A stretch of 32,000 nucleotides of DNA from Erysipelotrichaceae bacterium MTC7 (lineage in GTDB: Bacteria > Bacillota_I > Bacilli_A > Erysipelotrichales > Erysipelotrichaceae): positions 1 through 32,000 of the forward strand of contig LVZN01000023.1 of assembly GCA_001695645.1 (NCBI GenBank). The letters are read 5' to 3'. The notes under the pieces are model-generated. The model did not search any database, was not told the origin of the DNA, and worked only from the letters and a program-made list of their open reading frames with translations. This document shows, one piece after another, positions 25,909 through 32,000 of this stretch (position 1 is the first letter of the stretch; each line of letters opens with the position of its first letter). Made by a program: the position numbers and the translations under genes.

Positions 25909-26556
25909 CTAGTCCATGCCCAGTAGGTTTTTAAGCGTTCCTACCGAAGCATTTAACACAGCAATAAATAAGCCGTCATTTGGTTGTAGAACTGTCCCAC
26001 CAGTTGGCAAGAATGCATCATTGTTTCGTTCAATGGAAACAACACGAACTTCACCAAGGCGGTTAATTTCCTCAATGGTTTTTCCAACGAGCAGTGTTGG
26101 TACATCAACTTTAACTAACTCAACCCCACCACCAAGTGACATAATGCCATCCAATTGGGTATAGGTGATAATTTCACTTGCTCGAGTAATTCCCCAATCG
26201 GTTGTTGAGATGGTTTGCACACCAAGCATCGAATAAATCTTTGCTTTATCACGGTCATATAGACGCGCAATTACGTGTGGAACCCGGTAGATATTTTTAG
26301 AGATTCTGGCAATCAAAGCGTTTGTTTCATCAGAATTTGTACAACTGATGAGCGCATCGCTTCTTTCAATCCCTGCTTGTTCAAGTACTTTTTTATCAAA
26401 CCCTAAACCGTGAACTGCTCTAAACGTACTTGTTTTACCAAGCTTATCCAACACTTCTTGATCGGTATCAATTAAGGTTATGTTGTGGCCTTCTAATGAT
26501 AGTTTGCTTGTTAAGCCGCTACCCATTCTTCCACCACCGACGATTATAATATTCAT
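25909..26556 (-). CDS. RCK-domain protein (TrkA-N + TrkA-C; KtrA/TrkA-like), copy 1
   Basis: IVGGGRMG Rossmann motif and TrkA-C (LVGKTIEEINRLGEVRVVSIERN). Its ATG directly follows the pump's TAA (TAAATG). Confidence 0.85.
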   Translation of the reverse strand: MNIIIVGGGRMGSGLTSKLSLEGHNITLIDTDQEVLDKLGKTSTFRAVHGLGFDKKVLEQAGIERSDALISCTNSDETNALIARISKNIYRVPHVIARLYDRDKAKIYSMLGVQTISTTDWGITRASEIITYTQLDGIMSLGGGVELVKVDVPTLLVGKTIEEINRLGEVRVVSIERNNDAFLPTGGTVLQPNDGLFIAVLNASVGTLKNLLGMD

Positions 26557-29361
26557 TTACTTCACCCCTTTGCTAGTTGCTTTTGACTTTTTATACATGA
26601 TTTTTTTACGTAATTCTTCTAGTGCAATAACCGGAATTGGAATGATTGCAAGAATGACCCATTGATGCAAGCCAAGTGGTCCGGTGTTAAAGACATCTTG
26701 CAAGAATGGCACATACATTAGCAATGCAAGCAATGCAATTTCAAAAACAATTCCAAACACGATTTTTTTATTTGAAAACAAGCCGACCGTAAATACGGAA
26801 CGTTTGTTTGTTCGACAGTTAATCACAGCTCCAATTTGACAGAAGACAATCGCTGCAAGTGTCATCGTTGTTGCTTCTTTATAAACTGCGCCAGAGCTAG
26901 CAAGCGGCTCGTTTGGCCATCCTGCTGCCATGTTGATTAAGAAATATCCAGCCATGGAAATCACAGCTGCAATCAAACCATACCATAAGAAGGCTTTAAT
27001 GATTAACGATTTACTTAATAAACGATCGGTTTTCTTCCGTGGTGGTTGTTCCATAATTCCTTCTTCTGGAAGTTCTGTACCTAGTCCAAGTGCAGGTAAC
27101 ATATCCGTACCAAGGTCAATTGCCAAGATTTGCATAACGGTTAATGGCAGTGGAATCAGTCCACCAGAGAATAAGAAGGCTGCACTAGGCACGGCTTCTG
27201 CCATATTCGAATTAAGAATGTAAAGTAAGAAACGACGAATGTTTGCATAAACAGCACGTCCTTCTTCAACAGCTTTTACAATACTTGCAAAGTTATCATC
27301 CGTTAAAATCATATCGGCAGCTTCTTTTGCCACATCGGTACCAGTAATACCCATCGCAACACCAATATCTGCTTTTTTAAGTGCAGGTGAATCATTCACT
27401 CCATCACCGGTAACGGCAACGGTTTCACCCATTTCTTGCAGTTTGCTAACAACGCGGTATTTTTGTTCTGGTGCAACTCTGGCAAAGATGATTTCATCTT
27501 TTAGTGCATGTTTCAGTTCATCATCTGACATACTTTCCAGTTCCATACCCGAAACAACACGTGGGTGCTCACCTTTGACAATCCCAATTCGTTTGGCAAT
27601 ACTTTCTGCAGTTAATCCATAGTCACCAGTGACCATCACAATACGGATGCTTGCCTTGTGACAAAGTTCTACCGCTGCTGCCACTTCTGGACGTGGGGGA
27701 TCAAGCATGACTTCAAGACCGACAAACACCAAATCTTGTTCAATAATTTCTGGTGTGTAGGCACTCATTTGCACCGGCACATTGCTATCTTTTGTAATTG
27801 GTCGATAACTCAAAGCTAACACACGAAGTCCATTACGTGCATAGGTATCATTTGCATCCATGATTTTTTGACGATAGTCATCACTCATTTCAACTTTTTG
27901 ACCATCCACCATAATATGCGTCGACAATTCCATAACTTCTTTTGGCGCACCTTTTACAAAGGCAATTCGCTTACTTCCATCAAATGCATCGTGCAGTTGA
28001 TGAATGGTTGTCATACGTTTACGACGTGAATCAAATGGAAGTTCACGTACTCGTGGGGCTTGTTCATTCATCTGTTTCATATCAATGCCAGCTTTTTTGG
28101 CAGAGACACTTAAACAAGCTTCGGTTGGATCTCCTAGTACCGTGTAACGATCGTTTTCCTCGTTAGGGGGAACGATACGCGCATTGCTACATAAAGCCAT
28201 ACCACGAAGTAGTAATTCCAAATCTTTATCATCTTTATAAGTTACTGGTTTTCCATCAAGTTCGACTGAACCTTCACTTGAATAACCCAAACCAGTGACT
28301 TTATACTCTTTATTTGCTAACCAAATATCGCTAACCGTCATTTCATTTTGCGTCAAAGTCCCAGTCTTATCCGAACAAATGACACTGGTACTACCCAAGG
28401 TTTCCACCGCACTTAGTTTTTTTACCAAGGCGTGTTCTTTGGCCATTCGTTGGACTGCCATTGCCAAAGATAAAGTTACCGTTGGTAGTAGACCTTCTGG
28501 AATAAAGGCAACCATCATTCCTAAAGCAAAAATAAAACTTTTCGCAATGGGATCATGTACAAATAAAATGGCTGATAAGAAAAAGAATAACCCAATACCA
28601 GCAGCAATCAATGAGATTTGACGCGTTAGCCGGTCAAGTTCTTTTTGCAGTGGACTTTTATCAACGTCCATGTTTTGTGTCAGGTTTGCAATTTTACCAA
28701 ACTCAGTATTCATTCCAATGGCTGTTACGACTGCTTTCCCAGAACCACTGGATACACTTGTTCCCGCAAAGATTAAGTTTGGATATTCGAAGCGTGTCAA
28801 ATCCGCCTTTATTACAGCATCGCTTTGCTTGTGTACCGGATTGCTTTCTCCAGTTAAGGCACTTTGATTAGCTTGAAAATCAGAGGTTTCAACAAGACGT
28901 GCATCCGCACTAATCTTATCACCTTCCTCAACTAACATCACATCGCCAGGCAACAATTCTTCCGTTAGGATTTGTTGATCTTTTCCATCACGAATCACAC
29001 GTGCATAGGATGGCAACATCTTCTTTAAGGCATCGGTTGCTTTACCTGCTTGAAACTCTTGCCAAAAACTAAAGAGCCCGTTGATCACATTAACTAACCA
29101 AATCGCAATTCCTAACTCTGGCATATCGGCAATGATGGCTACAAGCCCACCAAACCATAGCAAAATTGCCATCATTGAAGTAAAGTGTCCTAGAAATAGT
29201 TTCCAGGTTGGCTCCCCTTTTACTTCTTCAATTTCATTTTTTCCATAGGTAGCGCGCAGGCTTTCAACTTCACTAGTTGATAGACCTTGTGGTTTACTAC
29301 CTAGAGCTTCATAAACTTCTTGGGGTTGAAGTTTATGAATGTCCACATGTTTCTTCTCCAT
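26557..29361 (-). CDS. P-type cation-transporting ATPase, type IIC-like (Na,K/H,K-ATPase alpha-subunit-like)
   Basis: DKTGTLT, TGES, TGDGVNDSPALKKADIGVAMG. TM4 IPEGLLPTVT, TM5 YILNSNMAEAVP and TM6 ILAIDLGTDMLPALGLG closely mirror Na,K-ATPase PEGLLATVT, YTLTSNIPEITP and ILCIDLGTDMVPAISLAYE. Start MEKKHV (29361) with GGAAAGG upstream. Confidence 0.85.
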   Translation of the reverse strand: MEKKHVDIHKLQPQEVYEALGSKPQGLSTSEVESLRATYGKNEIEEVKGEPTWKLFLGHFTSMMAILLWFGGLVAIIADMPELGIAIWLVNVINGLFSFWQEFQAGKATDALKKMLPSYARVIRDGKDQQILTEELLPGDVMLVEEGDKISADARLVETSDFQANQSALTGESNPVHKQSDAVIKADLTRFEYPNLIFAGTSVSSGSGKAVVTAIGMNTEFGKIANLTQNMDVDKSPLQKELDRLTRQISLIAAGIGLFFFLSAILFVHDPIAKSFIFALGMMVAFIPEGLLPTVTLSLAMAVQRMAKEHALVKKLSAVETLGSTSVICSDKTGTLTQNEMTVSDIWLANKEYKVTGLGYSSEGSVELDGKPVTYKDDKDLELLLRGMALCSNARIVPPNEENDRYTVLGDPTEACLSVSAKKAGIDMKQMNEQAPRVRELPFDSRRKRMTTIHQLHDAFDGSKRIAFVKGAPKEVMELSTHIMVDGQKVEMSDDYRQKIMDANDTYARNGLRVLALSYRPITKDSNVPVQMSAYTPEIIEQDLVFVGLEVMLDPPRPEVAAAVELCHKASIRIVMVTGDYGLTAESIAKRIGIVKGEHPRVVSGMELESMSDDELKHALKDEIIFARVAPEQKYRVVSKLQEMGETVAVTGDGVNDSPALKKADIGVAMGITGTDVAKEAADMILTDDNFASIVKAVEEGRAVYANIRRFLLYILNSNMAEAVPSAAFLFSGGLIPLPLTVMQILAIDLGTDMLPALGLGTELPEEGIMEQPPRKKTDRLLSKSLIIKAFLWYGLIAAVISMAGYFLINMAAGWPNEPLASSGAVYKEATTMTLAAIVFCQIGAVINCRTNKRSVFTVGLFSNKKIVFGIVFEIALLALLMYVPFLQDVFNTGPLGLHQWVILAIIPIPVIALEELRKKIMYKKSKATSKGVK

Positions 29362-29551
29362 AATTACCTTTCCCATAACATTCTAACAAATGTAAATATG
29401 AATGGATGCAAAATCCATAAGCACAATCATACTCTTTTCTTCCTATAAATCAATACTAAAGCTAAATGATTTTTCTAGCAATTGAGATACTTGAAAGTAA
29501 TGTTAAGATTTGGTTAATATATGGTAAAAAAACAGGTATTTTTCATGGCTT

Positions 29552-29576
29552 ATTCCCCTATCTATATGAGGGGAAT
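29552..29576 (-). terminator. Hairpin downstream of the Crp/Fnr gene (weak terminator candidate)
   Basis: ATTCCCCT pairs with AGGGGAAT (8-bp stem, 9-nt loop); there is no clear U-tract. Confidence 0.35.
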
Positions 29577-29597
29577 ATCAAATTTATATATCATAAG

Positions 29598-30239
29598 TTA
29601 ATAGATGGTGAACTCACTTAAATGATAATCAATGATACCTTCTTCCCGCATCTTTGAAAGTTCCGCACTGAGGGCAGAGCGATCAACGGACAAATAATCT
29701 GCAAGTTCATTTCGATTGAATGGAATCGTAAAACGATAATTTCTTTGTTGCTGGGCTTGCATCGAAAGAAAAGCCAACACCTTTTCGCGAATCTTACGTT
29801 TGGTTAAAATATCCATTTTTTGGGTCATAAAGACATTCTTACTAGCTAAAATATACATCATGTTTTTCATCAGTTGCGGATAACGCACCCCAAAATCGAT
29901 AAACTGTTCAGGTGTAATAAACAAAAGATTGGTACTCTTTTGAGCTACCACATTCACTGGTAGTTCATCCACACCAGAAAAGGCAAAGGACTCACAAAAG
30001 ATTTCACCTTTTCCAAGCACATTGACAATGCTTCGATTGCCCCAGTAATCGAGTTTGGAAATTGTGACATTTCCTTTAAGGATAAAACCAATGGCGTACT
30101 GACTTTCACCCATGGAAAATACTGTTGTTTCATGCTCGTAGATTTTATAGGTTAAACTATTGAGAATATCTTCAACTTCTGGGTTCTTTAAACCACGAAA
30201 TAACGGATGTGTATAAATCATTTGAAAAACTTTATTCAT
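29598..30239 (-). CDS. Crp/Fnr-family transcriptional regulator
   Basis: N-terminal cNMP-binding-like beta-roll (LFRGL..., GEIFCESFAF) and a C-terminal HTH (RNELADYLSVDRSALSAELSKMREEGII). I chose the start MNKVFQ (30239) because GGAG lies 7 nt upstream. Confidence 0.8.
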   Translation of the reverse strand: MNKVFQMIYTHPLFRGLKNPEVEDILNSLTYKIYEHETTVFSMGESQYAIGFILKGNVTISKLDYWGNRSIVNVLGKGEIFCESFAFSGVDELPVNVVAQKSTNLLFITPEQFIDFGVRYPQLMKNMMYILASKNVFMTQKMDILTKRKIREKVLAFLSMQAQQQRNYRFTIPFNRNELADYLSVDRSALSAELSKMREEGIIDYHLSEFTIY

Positions 30240-30252
30240 ATCATGCTCCATC

Positions 30253-30268
30253 TGTTGTAATAACAACA
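30253..30268. promoter_or_regulatory. Candidate Crp/Fnr-type operator TGTTGT-N4-ACAACA
   Basis: Perfect 6-bp inverted arms with a 4-bp spacer (the same geometry as TTGAT-N4-ATCAA), in the divergent region. It overlaps the -35 position of a TATAGT box (30285-30290) facing the Fe-S gene. Confidence 0.4.
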
Positions 30269-30334
30269 TACTTAATAATTTCACTATAGTATTCTATGCA
30301 TACAAAGTCAAATGACATGAAGGAGATATACCAT

Positions 30335-31069
30335 ATGAAACGAAACATTGTAACGATAAATGAAGAATTATGTAATGGTTGTGCTGCTTGTGCAGTAGCC
30401 TGTCACGAAGGTGCCATCGCTATGATTAACGGAAAAGCAAAATTGATCAAAGAAGATTACTGTGATGGGCTTGGCGATTGTTTACCAAGTTGTCCAACTG
30501 GAGCCATCACAATTGAAGAAAAAGAAGTGGAAGCATATGACCAACAAGCCGTCGATGCCCACATGAAGGCGATGGCAGAACTAGGAAATCCACACCATAA
30601 AAACGTGGAAGTTCCTATTCATGCCCACAGTGGTTGTCCTGGTTCCATGGCAAAAGCGTTGCATCCACAAACTGAAACGATAAATGCAGTGCAAGAAGCA
30701 AGTCAAAGCCAACTGCGTCAATGGCCGATTCAAATCAAACTTGTGCCAACATCTGCCCCATATTTTGATCAAGCAAACCTACTCATCGCCGCAGACTGTA
30801 CAGCTTACGCTTATGCAAGTTTCCACCAAGATTTCATCAAGAATCACATTTGTATCATCGGTTGTCCAAAACTTGATGAAGGTGATTACAGCGAAAAACT
30901 CGAGCAAATCATTAAACAAAACGACATCAAAAGTGTCACAATTGTACGTATGGAAGTACCTTGTTGCGGTGGGTTGGAGTTTGCTGCTAAAACCGCTTTA
31001 CAAAACAGTGGTAAATTCATTCCATGGCAAGTTAAAACAATCAGTATCGATGGAAATATCATCGACTAA
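30335..31069 (+). CDS. 4Fe-4S dicluster domain protein with a Cys-rich C-terminal domain
   Basis: CNGCAACAVACHEGAI and CDGLGDCLPSCPTGAI ferredoxin motifs; C-terminal ADCTAYAY...IGCPKLD...VPCCGG. RBS AAGGAG. Confidence 0.8.
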   Translation: MKRNIVTINEELCNGCAACAVACHEGAIAMINGKAKLIKEDYCDGLGDCLPSCPTGAITIEEKEVEAYDQQAVDAHMKAMAELGNPHHKNVEVPIHAHSGCPGSMAKALHPQTETINAVQEASQSQLRQWPIQIKLVPTSAPYFDQANLLIAADCTAYAYASFHQDFIKNHICIIGCPKLDEGDYSEKLEQIIKQNDIKSVTIVRMEVPCCGGLEFAAKTALQNSGKFIPWQVKTISIDGNIID

Positions 31070-31081
31070 TAGGAAGTCAAC

Positions 31082-31416
31082 ATGAACAAAGTCGTAAAAA
31101 CATTACGCCAAGTGAAGTTGTAGAACTTAAAAACTTGGTACAAGCAAACCCTGGTGAAGTCGTAAGTAAAATCTTTGTTCAAAACGAACATGTATCGATG
31201 ACCCTATTTTCGTTCGCCCAAGGTGAAGAAATTGGAGCACACACCTCAAAAGGAGATGCGCTTGTAAGCATTCTTGAGGGAAGTGCAGAAATCACAATCG
31301 ATGGTAATGTGTTTACAGTAAACGCTGGTGAAAGTATTTTAATGCCAGCTGATATCTTACACGCACTTTATGCAAAAGAACCATTTAAAATGCAACTTAC
31401 TCAAATGTTTGCCTAA
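31082..31416 (+). pseudogene. Cupin-domain protein with an apparent 1-nt frameshift in an A5 run (31096-31100)
   Basis: The SD-preceded ATG at 31082 (AGGAAG) reads MNKVVKTLRQVKL then stops. The cupin frame (ITPSEVVELKNLVQANPGEVVSK...GAHTSKGDALVSILEG...) is open upstream to 31069 but has only a TTG (31135) as a start. A6 instead of A5 gives MNKVVKNITPSEVVEL... Confidence 0.6.
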
Positions 31417-31417
31417 C

Positions 31418-31464
31418 AAAAAGGTAATCAAACTCACTATCATGTGAGCTGATTACCTTTTTTC
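31418..31464. terminator. Bidirectional terminator between convergent genes
   Basis: AAAAGGTAATCA pairs with TGATTACCTTTT, with an inner CTCAC/GTGAG stem and flanking A and T runs. Confidence 0.7.
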
Positions 31465-32000
31465 TTACTTCATTTTAAATAAGCGTTTCAGTGCATACAC
31501 AACGATGGTTGCACCTGTTGCAAAAATGCTTATGTAAATCCAATTTTCAATTCCTAAAGGCACAGTACCAAGTACCGAATTAAAGAATGGTACATATATG
31601 GCCACCAACTGCAAACTAATGGCAACGATCATGGCAATGATCATCGACTTGTTTTGCAATAGGGTTTTGTCTAAACCAAACACTTTCAAACGTCGCACAT
31701 TTAAGATGTGCAATAGTTGCATAATTGCCATTAAGGTAAAGGTTGTCGTTTGTGCTTCAATCACAGAAACCTCGCGATGCAACATGAATGCATAGATTCC
31801 AAATGCACTTAAACCTAAAACCAACCCACTTAGTAAAATCGGTTTTAGAAAATCTGCAGACAATAAACCTTGTCCTTTCTTCCGCGGTGGTTGATCCATG
31901 ATGCTATCTTCTGCTGGTTCAAATCCCAAAGACATGGCTGGTAGTATATCAACGACAAGATTTAACCAAAGAATATGTAAAGGTAACACAGGTAAATCCG
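31465..32000 (-). CDS. P-type ATPase (type IIA/Ca2+-ATPase-like), C-terminal part; the 5' part lies outside the window
   Basis: LPLHILWLNLVVDILPAMSLGFEPAEDSIMDQPPRKK matches the SERCA/bacterial Ca-ATPase TM6 pattern (LWVNLVTDGLPATALGF). The frame is open to the right window edge. Confidence 0.8.
   Translation of the reverse strand, partial: DLPVLPLHILWLNLVVDILPAMSLGFEPAEDSIMDQPPRKKGQGLLSADFLKPILLSGLVLGLSAFGIYAFMLHREVSVIEAQTTTFTLMAIMQLLHILNVRRLKVFGLDKTLLQNKSMIIAMIVAISLQLVAIYVPFFNSVLGTVPLGIENWIYISIFATGATIVVYALKRLFKMK

Noticed and set aside
29362-29597. c-di-AMP (ydaO-type) or other riboswitch in front of the pump/RCK operon.
   Set aside because: The region is AT-rich and lacks the GC-rich conserved helices. 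An extended -10-like TGTTAGAAT sits only about 10 nt upstream of the SD, leaving essentially no leader. The hairpin at 29552-29576 belongs to the end of the Crp/Fnr gene.
1-32000. Defence-island content such as restriction-modification, CRISPR-Cas, retron, toxin-antitoxin or Abi-like genes.
   Set aside because: I found no nuclease, methylase, reverse-transcriptase, cas or STAND-NTPase-like ORF. Apart from the left 1.7 kb, the gene content is housekeeping or accessory metabolism and envelope functions.

Overview
This is an AT-rich chromosomal segment that looks like a low-GC Gram-positive (Bacillota-type) genome, judged from strong AGGAGG-type ribosome-binding sites, lipoboxes and gene content. 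I found about 30 protein genes and one tRNA, and no rRNA, CRISPR array or intact prophage. All product calls come from motif recognition by eye; no database search was possible.

Gene content, left to right:
- 1-1.8 kb: the 3' end of a DDE transposase gene, about 740 bp of structured non-coding DNA, a tandem-HTH protein gene and tRNA-Asp(GUC).
- 1.9-5.7 kb: an EfsQnr-like pentapeptide-repeat protein, an NTF2-like protein, a NodB-type polysaccharide deacetylase, a small DUF2089-like HTH protein, the peroxiredoxin Bcp and a GNAT acetyltransferase.
- 5.8-10.5 kb: a 1561-aa surface protein with beta-helix NGG repeats and five YDG repeats.
- 10.7-11.7 kb: a UPF0104/MprF-like membrane protein that seems to start at ATC.
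- 11.7-16.8 kb: an OmpR-type two-component system transcribed divergently from a compact operon encoding a VTC domain protein, a DUF4956 membrane protein and a Cthe_2159-type lipoprotein.
- 16.8-23.1 kb: a YesM/YesN-type two-component system downstream of an Fbp/Afu-type ABC transporter.
- 23.3-25.1 kb: an aldo/keto reductase and a DUF2975/YozG-like pair.
- 25.2-29.4 kb: a Na,K-ATPase-like P-type pump translationally coupled to two RCK (TrkA/KtrA-like) proteins.
- 29.6-32.0 kb: a Crp/Fnr regulator divergent from a 4Fe-4S protein and a cupin, then the 3' end of a second, Ca-ATPase-like P-type pump.

Most interesting candidates:
- The TCS-controlled 'split VTC' (polyphosphate-polymerase-like) / DUF4956 / beta-helix lipoprotein operon.
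- The P2C-like pump with a pair of RCK regulators and no Ktr/Trk channel subunit.

Four ORF anomalies also stand out: an in-frame TAA, two single-A frameshifts and an ATC start. None of the 30 CDS ends in TGA.
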